Virus record (IMG/VR): IMGVR_UViG_3300042483_000388
Origin: a virus
Taxonomy: Duplodnaviria > Caudoviricetes
Direction: 5' to 3' (one strand)
DNA length: 64,000 nucleotides
Under the pieces are notes generated by a model. The model saw only the letters and a list, made by a program, of their open reading frames with translations, did not search any database and was not told where the DNA came from. Position 1 is the first letter of the stretch. Every line of letters begins with the position of its first letter. Of the stretch, positions 49,168 through 57,914 are shown in pieces. A program made the translations under genes and the position numbers.

Positions 49168-50294
49168 AATTTTTTTTAGAATACGTGTGGCTTGACGGAT
49201 ATAAACCAGAGCCAAATCTTAGAAGTAAAGTTAAGATTGTTGAATACGAATCGATTAAGACCTTAAAAATTGAAGATTTTCCTGTATGGAATTTTGATGG
49301 GTCATCAACTAATCAAGCAGAGACAGGTAAGTCCGATTGTTTATTAAAACCGGTTAGACTTTATAAATCGGAATCTTTTCCATTGGAAAGAAGCGTTCTT
49401 TATGTGTTTTGTGAGGTATTAAATCCTGATGGAACACCTCACGAGTCAAATAAAAGATCAAGTATTAGTGAAGGTTTTGAAGATCTTTGGTTTGGTTTTG
49501 AACAAGAGTATTTTATTCGTGAAGAAGTTAATGGAAGAATTTTAGGTCACAATAGAAAGATTCTAAAAGGTCAAGGTGAATATTACTGTGGTGTGGGTCA
49601 TAATGTTGTTGGTCGTGAGTTTGTTGAACAACATACAAATATGTGTTTAGATTATGGTATTGGTATTACCGGAACAAACGCTGAGGTTGCTTTAGGTCAG
49701 TGGGAATACCAAGTTTTTTCTAAAGGTAAATTAAAAGGTGGTGACGATCTTTGGATGACTAGATACTTCCTTCATAAAATTGCCGAGAAATATGAATACC
49801 AAATAGAACTTCACCCAAAACCAGTACTACATAATGAATGGAATGGATCAGGTCTTCACACAAACTTTTCAACAGACATAATGAGATTAGATGGTAACGA
49901 AGAATACTTCATGGCATTATTCAACGCATTTGAATCAAGACACGAAGACCATATTAAGGCTTATGGGTCAAACAATCACTTACGATTGACCGGTGAATAT
50001 GAAACTCAAGCAATTGATAAATTTAGTTGGGGTGTATCTGATCGTGGAGCGTCAATTAGAGTTCCTCAGGACACAGCAAAAGAATGGAAAGGTTATATTG
50101 AAGATAGAAGACCAGGTTCAAATGCCGATCCTTACAAGATTATTCGTGAGATTGTTAAATCACTTGATGTCACACAACAAATATATGATACAAAACATAT
50201 GATGACTTCATTTGTTGATATGAATGGTCTTACCGGGAAATACGGCACAATGTCTAACGATGAGTTATTAAAAGAATATAGAGAAGAAGAATGA
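49164..50294 (+). CDS. glnII: Glutamine synthetase type II (GSII), auxiliary metabolic gene
   Basis: LEYVWLDG, WNFDGSST, WFGFEQEY, NAEVALGQWEYQ, WNGSGLHTNFS, RGASIRVP, EDRRPGSNADPY. Confidence 0.93.
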   Translation: MKFFLEYVWLDGYKPEPNLRSKVKIVEYESIKTLKIEDFPVWNFDGSSTNQAETGKSDCLLKPVRLYKSESFPLERSVLYVFCEVLNPDGTPHESNKRSSISEGFEDLWFGFEQEYFIREEVNGRILGHNRKILKGQGEYYCGVGHNVVGREFVEQHTNMCLDYGIGITGTNAEVALGQWEYQVFSKGKLKGGDDLWMTRYFLHKIAEKYEYQIELHPKPVLHNEWNGSGLHTNFSTDIMRLDGNEEYFMALFNAFESRHEDHIKAYGSNNHLRLTGEYETQAIDKFSWGVSDRGASIRVPQDTAKEWKGYIEDRRPGSNADPYKIIREIVKSLDVTQQIYDTKHMMTSFVDMNGLTGKYGTMSNDELLKEYREEE

Positions 50295-50512
50295 TTGAAC
50301 AAGTAAACCATCCACAACATTACGGAGGAGAAAATAATGAATATGAGACAATTAAGGTTATTGATGCTTGGGGATTAGGATTCTCATTGGGTAATACTGT
50401 AAAGTATATCTCAAGAGCTGGAAAGAAAGAAAAGGATAAAGAGTTACAAGACCTTAAGAAAGCTTTATTTTATTTAAAACATCATATTGATAATTTAGAA
50501 AAAAATGTCTAA
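50291..50512 (+). CDS. DUF3310-family protein
   Basis: VNHPQHY...ETIKVI...GNTVKYISRAGKK...DLKKALFYL. Confidence 0.85.
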   Translation: MIEQVNHPQHYGGENNEYETIKVIDAWGLGFSLGNTVKYISRAGKKEKDKELQDLKKALFYLKHHIDNLEKNV

Positions 50513-50720
50513 AATGAAATTAACTGAAGAACAAAAAAATCAGATCCTCAATCAATATGAGGGGTTAAAAAATGACGAACAAACACTTGGTGAAGTACAC
50601 GGAATAATTGTTGATTTTTGTGTTGATGAACACATTGTTGACTTATCAGATGATGAGGATGGTGACCTTTACGAAGAGTTTTCAAATGAAGCATGGGATT
50701 TTTTAGAGAGTATTAAATAA
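50505..50720 (+). CDS. Small acidic hypothetical protein
   Basis: Coupled ORF. Confidence 0.6.
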   Translation: MSKMKLTEEQKNQILNQYEGLKNDEQTLGEVHGIIVDFCVDEHIVDLSDDEDGDLYEEFSNEAWDFLESIK

Positions 50721-50725
50721 TAGAA

Positions 50726-51577
50726 ATGATAGAAACAGGAAAAATAATAAATGGTGATTGTGTTGAGGTAATGAAAACATTACCTGAAGGTAGTGTTGAT
50801 TTGGTTGTGACATCGCCACCCTATAATTGTGGGATTAATTATGATACCCATATTGATACTTTACCTATGGATGATTATTGGGGTTGGACAAAAGAATGGT
50901 TAGAGGAAGCTTACCGATTACTTAAAGATGATGGGAGAGTATCAATTAACATACCTTACGAAACAAATGTTCAAGGTAGAGGTGGAAGAGTATTTTTTGT
51001 TTCAGAATTTTATCAGGTAATGAAACAGGTTGGTTTTAAATTTTTTGGGGTCGTTGATCTTGAGGAACAATCACCACACAGAAGTAAGACTACGGCTTGG
51101 GGTTCTTGGATGAGTCCGTCTAGTCCATATATTTATAACCCAAAAGAATGTGTAATATTGGCATATAAAAAACAACACATTAAAAAAATTAAAGGTGAAC
51201 CACAATGGAAAGGGGTTCCTACTGAAATTGAACAGGAGGATGGGACTATAAAAAAGAAAGTGGTTTATGAGGAACAAGACAAGAAAGAGTTTATGGAACT
51301 TGTGTTTGGTCAGTGGAATTACTTTGCGGACACTAAATCATTAACTAAGGCCACGTTTAGTATGGACATCCCGACAAAGGCAATTAAGATATTATCTTAC
51401 AAGAACGATGTGATTTTGGATCCATTTGCTGGGTCAGGAACTAGTATGGTATCGGCAGAGATATTAGATCGTCGTTGGTTGGGAATTGAATTATCTCCGA
51501 ATTACGCTGATATTGCAAGAAAAAGAGTTCAAGCATTTGTTGATGAGAAAAACCAAGTTAAGATTGAATATCAATAG
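50726..51577 (+). CDS. Beta-class N4-cytosine/N6-adenine DNA methyltransferase
   Basis: GDC, VTSPPY catalytic motif, ILDPFAGSGTS SAM-binding motif. Confidence 0.92.
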   Translation: MIETGKIINGDCVEVMKTLPEGSVDLVVTSPPYNCGINYDTHIDTLPMDDYWGWTKEWLEEAYRLLKDDGRVSINIPYETNVQGRGGRVFFVSEFYQVMKQVGFKFFGVVDLEEQSPHRSKTTAWGSWMSPSSPYIYNPKECVILAYKKQHIKKIKGEPQWKGVPTEIEQEDGTIKKKVVYEEQDKKEFMELVFGQWNYFADTKSLTKATFSMDIPTKAIKILSYKNDVILDPFAGSGTSMVSAEILDRRWLGIELSPNYADIARKRVQAFVDEKNQVKIEYQ

Positions 51578-51905
51578 AATCGCCTTCCTTAATACCGTAT
51601 TTTTTACATTCACCACCACGTAATTCAAGAACCATATCACCATTACCTTCAAAATTTTCGCAGTCATCGGAATTACAAGGTTTACAATTATGATGTATTT
51701 TTGTTATATTACCTTTATCTATGAAGATGATATCGAGATTGGTTATACAATTCTTCATCCAAAATGATTGAGGGCCATCCTTCATTAAAAATAACATACC
51801 ATCAAATGTGTTATCAAACTTTCTACCCATCATACCTTTTTGAATATCCTTTCCGGTGATAACCAATTTGGTCTTGTAAATATTATCATTTATCTTTATA
51901 TCCAT
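51558..51905 (-). CDS. DUF192 (UPF0127) family protein
   Basis: KGMMGR, GMLF, FWMKNC, LDIIFID, VLELRGG. Confidence 0.85.
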   Translation of the reverse strand: MDIKINDNIYKTKLVITGKDIQKGMMGRKFDNTFDGMLFLMKDGPQSFWMKNCITNLDIIFIDKGNITKIHHNCKPCNSDDCENFEGNGDMVLELRGGECKKYGIKEGDSIDIQS

Positions 51906-51988
51906 ACCTATAAATATATGAGAAAATAATTGTCAAATAATTTTTTTGATAAGGAAAGTTTTATTATATTTGTAGAAATAAGACACAT

Positions 51989-52261
51989 ATGACAAAGGCA
52001 GTATTCAATATTAAAGTTATGAACGAAAAGTTTGGAACATTGCTTTCCGAAACTTTTGTTGATGGGACTCAATTTAAAATTTTCTTAATGATGATTGATG
52101 GGGCTTTAAACTTAAAAGAAGATTTGTCTTATTTTGATGGTAACACATTCTTGGTTCATATACCTCACAAGATTTTAAAAGAATCTGTGATTGTAACTGG
52201 AACAGAAGAGATATCGTTGGTGGAGCAAGTTAGAAATAGAATTGAAACTTTAGTAGGATAA
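51989..52261 (+). CDS. Hypothetical protein
   Basis: Downstream of TATATTTG at 51965. Confidence 0.65.
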   Translation: MTKAVFNIKVMNEKFGTLLSETFVDGTQFKIFLMMIDGALNLKEDLSYFDGNTFLVHIPHKILKESVIVTGTEEISLVEQVRNRIETLVG

Positions 52262-52263
52262 TT

Positions 52264-52698
52264 ATGAAAAATATACAGTATATAATATTATTTATGTTGT
52301 TTTTGGCTTCTTGTATTAAACGGGAGTTTAAACCTCAACAACCATTGGCGCCACAACCAATTATAACGGACTCAACCTTTATTGACTCTACCGTTAGTTT
52401 GAAGAACACAACTTGGGTAATTAAAAAAGTGTTAAACACTCAAATGGATGATGAGTCAAGATCCGATACACTAAAGTTTATAACCAATACAATCTATTCA
52501 TTTAATGGTGTTCAGGCAACATATAGTATTTATTCAACACCATCAGGATATAAGTTGAATTTGAATAATACTGAGTGGGGACATATTTGTGGTAACTTGG
52601 TTGATTATAATTTAACGAGTGGTAGAATTGAAAATAGACAATTTAATGATATCTTTACTAATGAATTTGTGGTTAAGATTTGGATGTATAAGGAATAG
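52264..52698 (+). CDS. Putative lipoprotein
   Basis: MKNIQYIILFMLFLAS-C lipobox. Confidence 0.7.
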   Translation: MKNIQYIILFMLFLASCIKREFKPQQPLAPQPIITDSTFIDSTVSLKNTTWVIKKVLNTQMDDESRSDTLKFITNTIYSFNGVQATYSIYSTPSGYKLNLNNTEWGHICGNLVDYNLTSGRIENRQFNDIFTNEFVVKIWMYKE

Positions 52699-52756
52699 TT
52701 TCTTTGTTTGATCTTTAAAATAAAGTGGTGGAGATCTGACATTCAATGTTGGTCCT

Positions 52757-52789
52757 AAAAAAAAGGTGGGAGAAATCTCACCTTTTTTT
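52757..52789. terminator. Intrinsic terminator
   Basis: A-run, AAGGTG(G)GAG-aaat-CTCACCTT, T-run. Confidence 0.8.
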
Positions 52790-52823
52790 GTTTTGTATGT
52801 ATTTATATAATAAAAATTCTAAT

Positions 52824-53843
52824 ATGAAAAATAAATTATTTTTAGAGGAAGGAGAAATTTCAAGAATTCTTAATATGCACAAAAGGGCTATTAATGAAGA
52901 ACTTAATATTAATGGTAGAGAAGTTGGAAACAAAAGGGGTATATTAAATGAAATAACTGAAGATGAAAAGTTAACTGCAGATGGTGTCGGTACAAAAATT
53001 CAGGCATTATATAAATTTTGTAATGTTGGTATCCCCGGATTAGCTCATGTCAAATGTGCTACTGATATGAATGCTCAACTAAAGTTATTAAAAACCAAAG
53101 AACAATTTGATATTGCCGGCAAGAAAACAAGTTACTGGTATACGGGTGACTGGGCCAGAAGTTTAGGAGACTTTTTAAAACAACTAATGAAAAATGGGGT
53201 TGTTTCTCAATTATCCAAAACAGTTGGTACGCCGCAAGGTGAAATGGCTATTAAAATTGCACAAATTTATGCCTCAACATTTAAAGTTGCGGGAGGAACC
53301 TTAACTTTTAAAAAAGTTAATGACGCCAATGGTAATCCAACTTTAGATCCTGAGTCTTTTAAATTATCTTGGGGAACCCCGGCACCTATAGTAGGAGGAG
53401 GTGCAGCACCTGTAGTAACTACCAATAATGCCGCTTGTGATAAGGAGGGATTTAAACTGTCAACAAACAATAGTTGGTACTTCTCAACAAAAGAAACTTA
53501 TGATGCTGCCCCTGCGGATAAACGTAGGGCTTGGACATGTAGTTTGGATAAAAATGTAATATTGTATTGGGTGGATAGAGTTTGGCATGATACTGTTTAT
53601 ATTAAAACTAAAGGAAAAAGTGGTGGTAGTGGAACTGGTGGTGGAACTGGAGGAGGTGGTAGAACCGGAACCAGAAAAAAATACACCTTTGATGTTGCGG
53701 CAGTAAATAAATTAATAGATGAAAAATGTTCTAAGGATAAAAAACCAAATGTGGGTAGTGGAGGTATTGATCTTGATGTTACTGGTACACAAACACAAAC
53801 ACCAATACCTAATATGCCAAAAGATATACTTGGATCCTTATAA
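52824..53843 (+). CDS. Duplicated cassette copy 1, large ORF (MKNKLFLEEG...) with a divergent annexin-like segment
   Basis: Shares the N-terminal ~25 aa and C-terminal ~50 aa with the 54210 ORF; start placed after TATTTAT at 52800. Confidence 0.7.
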   Translation: MKNKLFLEEGEISRILNMHKRAINEELNINGREVGNKRGILNEITEDEKLTADGVGTKIQALYKFCNVGIPGLAHVKCATDMNAQLKLLKTKEQFDIAGKKTSYWYTGDWARSLGDFLKQLMKNGVVSQLSKTVGTPQGEMAIKIAQIYASTFKVAGGTLTFKKVNDANGNPTLDPESFKLSWGTPAPIVGGGAAPVVTTNNAACDKEGFKLSTNNSWYFSTKETYDAAPADKRRAWTCSLDKNVILYWVDRVWHDTVYIKTKGKSGGSGTGGGTGGGGRTGTRKKYTFDVAAVNKLIDEKCSKDKKPNVGSGGIDLDVTGTQTQTPIPNMPKDILGSL

Positions 53844-53863
53844 AACTAATAAAAAAAATAGAT

Positions 53864-54079
53864 ATGAGCAAAATTAAAATAACGCAAAGACAAATGATAA
53901 GGATCCAAAAGTTTCTTAATGAGAGCATTATTATGGAGCAAACCTCAGACGAGATTATCAATATTCAAAACAGGTTAAACTCATGTTTTAATGCTGGATT
54001 AAAAGCTGATGGTAAAATGGGACCAAAAACCGCATCGGCTATTGAAACATATACTGGTTATGATGTTTCTGTTTCATAA
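53864..54079 (+). CDS. Duplicated cassette copy 1, 71-aa protein with a peptidoglycan-binding (PG_binding_1-like) motif
   Basis: IQNRLN..GLKADGKMGPKTASAI. Confidence 0.65.
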   Translation: MSKIKITQRQMIRIQKFLNESIIMEQTSDEIINIQNRLNSCFNAGLKADGKMGPKTASAIETYTGYDVSVS

Positions 54080-54096
54080 GTTTAAAAAAAAATAAT

Positions 54097-54121
54097 AAGG
54101 GAGATCAATCTCCCTTTTTTT
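54097..54121 (+). terminator. Intrinsic terminator, copy 1
   Basis: AAGGGAGAT-ca-ATCTCCCTT followed by a T run; identical to 55538. Confidence 0.85.
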
Positions 54122-54209
54122 ATGCGGTTTTTTTTGTGATATGGAAAAATACTACTATATTATTATTCTTTTTTGGTTTATCATATATTTATATAATAAA
54201 AATTATAAT

Positions 54210-55286
54210 ATGAAAAATAAATTATTTTTAGAGGAAGGGGAAATTTCAAGAATTCTTAATATGCATAAAAGGGCAATCCGAGAAGAACTTAATGTTAATG
54301 GTGATGAAGTTGAGAACAATCAAGTTCAAATGGATGAGGAATTAAGTGAAGATGGTCAAGTACAAAAAACCTTGGCCGGAGCAGCTATTGGATCCGCAGC
54401 AGGTTCTTTTATTCCTGGTGTTGGTACTGTTGCCGGAGCAATAATTGGAGGATCCATAGGTTATTTTGGTAGTTTGATGAATAGTTATAGTTTAGAGGGG
54501 GCTAAAAAAATATTACAAGCTTGTTCGGCTAAAAAAGCTGAAATGGGAGAACCAACAATGAATTCAGCGACTTTAGCTAAGATTGCTGACGATATTAACT
54601 ACGGTGTTGAAGGTAGTGGAACATATGAAAAGACTATTGCCTCAGGTTTGAGACAGACCAAATATATGCCCAATCTATGTGCTATGGCGGCAGTTTATAA
54701 ACAGAGACAAGGTGAAAGTTTATTTGATGCGATTGATGGGGACATAGATTCTGATTATCAATGGAAAACGTATGTGTTTTTGCCTTTATTAGATGTTTAT
54801 AATAATAGTGTGGAATTGGGTAAAAAAATGTTAAAACAACAACCACAACAACAAAAAACTGGAGGAGGAGGAGCACCAACATCAGGTGAGGTGTACCAAA
54901 AGTGTCACACAGCAATAATTGACCCTATGGTTAAAAAATATGGATATACTTACGTAACTTTAGATGTGTTTAATCAAGCTCCGGCCGATAAGAAAACATA
55001 TAAATGGTGTCCTGCAGGGAAGAGTAACGTATACTTCACTAAAGGATGGAGTGGTGGTAGTACTGAAACTGCACCTACTGGTACTGAAACTCGTGTTTAT
55101 AGTGGCGGAGGTGGAGGAGGTGGAAAAACATACACCTTTGATGTTGCAGCAGTAAATAAATTAATAGATGAAAAATGTTCTAAGGATGGAAAACCTGGAG
55201 GAACAGGTGTTAATCTTGATGCTACTGGCACACCAACACCAACACCAATACCTAATATGCCAAAAGACGTATTTGACATCACATAA
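54210..55286 (+). CDS. Duplicated cassette copy 2, large ORF with a glycine zipper and an annexin-like repeat
   Basis: GAAIGSAAGSFIPGVGTVAGAIIGG; GVEGSGTYEKTI...YKQRQGESLFDAIDGDI. Confidence 0.7.
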   Translation: MKNKLFLEEGEISRILNMHKRAIREELNVNGDEVENNQVQMDEELSEDGQVQKTLAGAAIGSAAGSFIPGVGTVAGAIIGGSIGYFGSLMNSYSLEGAKKILQACSAKKAEMGEPTMNSATLAKIADDINYGVEGSGTYEKTIASGLRQTKYMPNLCAMAAVYKQRQGESLFDAIDGDIDSDYQWKTYVFLPLLDVYNNSVELGKKMLKQQPQQQKTGGGGAPTSGEVYQKCHTAIIDPMVKKYGYTYVTLDVFNQAPADKKTYKWCPAGKSNVYFTKGWSGGSTETAPTGTETRVYSGGGGGGGKTYTFDVAAVNKLIDEKCSKDGKPGGTGVNLDATGTPTPTPIPNMPKDVFDIT

Positions 55287-55305
55287 AACTAATAAAAAAA
55301 TATAT

Positions 55306-55521
55306 ATGAGCAAAATTAAAATAACGCAAAGACAAATGATAAGGATCCAAAAGTTCCTTAATGAAAGTATTATTATGGAACAAACCTCAGATGAGATTAC
55401 CAATATCCAAAACAGGTTAAATACTTGTTTTAATGCTGGATTAAAAGCTGATGGTAAAATGGGACCAAAAACCGCATCGGCTATTGAAACATATACTGGT
55501 TATGATGTTTCTGTTTCATAA
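55306..55521 (+). CDS. Duplicated cassette copy 2, 71-aa PG-binding-like protein
   Basis: 69/71 aa identical to 53864..54079. Confidence 0.7.
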   Translation: MSKIKITQRQMIRIQKFLNESIIMEQTSDEITNIQNRLNTCFNAGLKADGKMGPKTASAIETYTGYDVSVS

Positions 55522-55537
55522 GTTTAAAAAAAATAAT

Positions 55538-55562
55538 AAGGGAGATCAATCTCCCTTTTTTT
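55538..55562 (+). terminator. Intrinsic terminator, copy 2
   Basis: Identical to 54097-54121. Confidence 0.85.
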
Positions 55563-55590
55563 ATGCGGTTTTTTTTCTTATATTTGTGAT

Positions 55591-55980
55591 ATGGAAAAAA
55601 TGATATATCTTGTTAGAGGAATACCGGGAAGTGGTAAATCAACATTTGCAAAACAACTAACTTCAAATGTGTTTGAGGCGGACCATTATTTTTATGATAA
55701 TGATGGAAACTACAATTTTATTGCGTCTGAAATAAAAGAGGCACATAAAGAGTGTCAACAATATGTTGGATACGCAATGGAATCAAACACACCAAAAATT
55801 GCGGTGTCAAACACATTCACACAAGAGTGGGAACTCCAACCTTATTATGAATTGGCAATTAAGTATGGTTATTATGTGACCTCTATTATTGTGGAAAATA
55901 GACATGGTGGTGTTAACGAGCATGGAGTTCCTGAAGATAAGATTCAATTAATGAAAAACCGTTTTGAGATAAAAATATAA
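55591..55980 (+). CDS. AAA_33 / polynucleotide-kinase-like P-loop kinase
   Basis: VRGIPGSGKST, EADHYF, VSNTFTQEWE, RHGGVNEHGVP. Confidence 0.8.
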   Translation: MEKMIYLVRGIPGSGKSTFAKQLTSNVFEADHYFYDNDGNYNFIASEIKEAHKECQQYVGYAMESNTPKIAVSNTFTQEWELQPYYELAIKYGYYVTSIIVENRHGGVNEHGVPEDKIQLMKNRFEIKI

Positions 55981-55983
55981 GAA

Positions 55984-56637
55984 ATGAAATTTGATAAAAT
56001 ATTAACTAGTGGTAAGGTATGGATTACTTCAGATACGCACTATTCGCACAAAAACATTTGTAGAGGAGTTACGGTTTGGAGAACCATAGATGGGGATATT
56101 CCAATCGGTGCAACCAGAGATTTTCCTAATTTGGATGTAATGGATAGTGTTATTGTTGATAACATTAATGAGAAGGTAGGGCCTGATGATACTTTAATTC
56201 ACTTGGGTGACGTGGCTTTTGGTGGTGTTGAAAAGATAGGACAATTTTTGGATCGTTTAGTTTGTAAAAACGTTCACCTTGTTTTGGGTAATCACGATCA
56301 GAACATAAAAAAAAATAGAGAGAACAACAACGATAAATTTTTATCTATTCAAAACTACTTGGAGGTTAATATTGGTGGTGTTGATTTTGTGTTATCACAT
56401 TATCCTTTATCAAGTTGGAACCAACTAAATAAAGGTTCAATTCACCTTCATGGACACGTACATCTACCAAGAAGTAAAAGATTTGGTAAAGGTAAAAAAT
56501 TAGATGTTGGTATGGATGGTAATAATCTTTATCCGTATAGTATAAGTGAGATTGTTCATATGATGGATAAACGATGTGTTGCGTCCGAGATGAATGGAGA
56601 TCACCACTTAGATGTTATTATTGATCTTGTGGGTTAA
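55984..56637 (+). CDS. Calcineurin-like metallophosphoesterase
   Basis: TSDTHYSH, HLGDV, LGNHD, SHYP, LHGHVH. Confidence 0.85.
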   Translation: MKFDKILTSGKVWITSDTHYSHKNICRGVTVWRTIDGDIPIGATRDFPNLDVMDSVIVDNINEKVGPDDTLIHLGDVAFGGVEKIGQFLDRLVCKNVHLVLGNHDQNIKKNRENNNDKFLSIQNYLEVNIGGVDFVLSHYPLSSWNQLNKGSIHLHGHVHLPRSKRFGKGKKLDVGMDGNNLYPYSISEIVHMMDKRCVASEMNGDHHLDVIIDLVG

Positions 56638-56663
56638 ATCGTAATTACAATATATTTATTGGT

Positions 56664-57914
56664 ATGAGAAATATTGTTATAACTGAAAATCAATTAAGGA
56701 TAATTACGGAAGCTTTAGGGGTTCCTGATAACATTTTGGATGCTGCCGATATGTTATATGACATTGTTGAAAGAGACATCAAATCAATAAGAGACATTCA
56801 AGATGTGTATAACTTTGATGGTGAAATAGAATTTGAATTAGGTGATAAGAAAAAAATCAAAATTGATTCATATACTCTTACAGTAAAAATTGAGGAGATT
56901 GATGATGAAGAAGGGGTCTTAGATATTATCTCAATGGGAATGGAAGGTGCTTTTGGATTTAATAGGGATGTTTATATGAAAGAAAACGAACCCTCAACAA
57001 TTTTGGGATTAACAATAACATTTGCTGTTGGTGAAAATTGGAAACCTGAAGGACTTATTCAAAAAATGGAAGAAGAAAGAGACGAACATGTCGCATCTTT
57101 AGCTCATGAAATAAAACACAAATACGATAAACAATCAAAACAATTTGGTTTAATTGGTCAAGACGCCGAATATCAAGCAACACAAAGAAGAGGTAGTTTT
57201 GGAATACCGGTAATTGATAGAGTTTTTTTTAGATACTTATATTATATTTCCGGTATTGAAAATCTTGTAAGACCAACTGAAGTGGCTTACAAGTTAAAAA
57301 GAAAAAATATTACAAAGTCACAATTCAAAGAATTTTTAGAAAATAATGTAGTTTATAAAGAACTCGTTGAAATTAAAAACTTCACATTTGAAGACTTCAT
57401 CAATCAATTAAAAGAAAGTGAAGATAGGTTAGACGTTATTATTGACCACATTGGTGAAGACCCATCCAACATGACAATAGATGAAAAAATTAATAGAGTA
57501 TTAGAAGTTGCTTATATTGATTTAGTTAATAATAGAATGCAAATGTTTATGACAATGACGGAACATGGAATGGATGATGTTATAAAATTTGGAACTCAAC
57601 TTGGTATTTTACCTCCAGGGTTAGAAGGAAATTTGGAGGGAATTCAAAAGACAGATGCGATTAGACAAAAGTTTTTGAAATATGTTATGAAATACGAAAA
57701 AAACCCAACCAAATTTTTTGAAGATGAAATTGAAAACTTTCAATATGTCGCAAATAAAATGATAAAGAAAATATCAAAACTCTATGCTATGGCAAAAGAT
57801 GATGAACAAGTTAGTGAATCAATTATCAATTGGGAACTTCATCAACAAATTATGGAGAAAAAATACGGTAAAAGAAAAATAGAAACAAAATACAAAAATT
57901 GGAATCTTAAATAA
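56664..57914 (+). CDS. MRNIVITE-type protein with an HExxH zincin-like motif
   Basis: ITENQLRIITEA start; SLAHEIKH; E in RPTEV; TATTTAT 4 nt upstream. Confidence 0.6.
   Translation: MRNIVITENQLRIITEALGVPDNILDAADMLYDIVERDIKSIRDIQDVYNFDGEIEFELGDKKKIKIDSYTLTVKIEEIDDEEGVLDIISMGMEGAFGFNRDVYMKENEPSTILGLTITFAVGENWKPEGLIQKMEEERDEHVASLAHEIKHKYDKQSKQFGLIGQDAEYQATQRRGSFGIPVIDRVFFRYLYYISGIENLVRPTEVAYKLKRKNITKSQFKEFLENNVVYKELVEIKNFTFEDFINQLKESEDRLDVIIDHIGEDPSNMTIDEKINRVLEVAYIDLVNNRMQMFMTMTEHGMDDVIKFGTQLGILPPGLEGNLEGIQKTDAIRQKFLKYVMKYEKNPTKFFEDEIENFQYVANKMIKKISKLYAMAKDDEQVSESIINWELHQQIMEKKYGKRKIETKYKNWNLK

Larger units (their letters stand above)
52800..55599 (+). repeat. Tandem duplication of a ~1.35-1.4 kb promoter-ORF-ORF-terminator unit
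   Basis: Units at ~52800-54149 and ~54186-55599; conserved ends and divergent middle. Confidence 0.9.

Noticed and set aside
54141-54209. 23-aa N-terminal extension of the copy-2 ORF, as given by the track (similarly 52746-52823)
   Set aside because: The ATG at 54141 is the duplicated relic of the kinase start. The paralogue alignment and TATTTAT position support 54210 and 52824.
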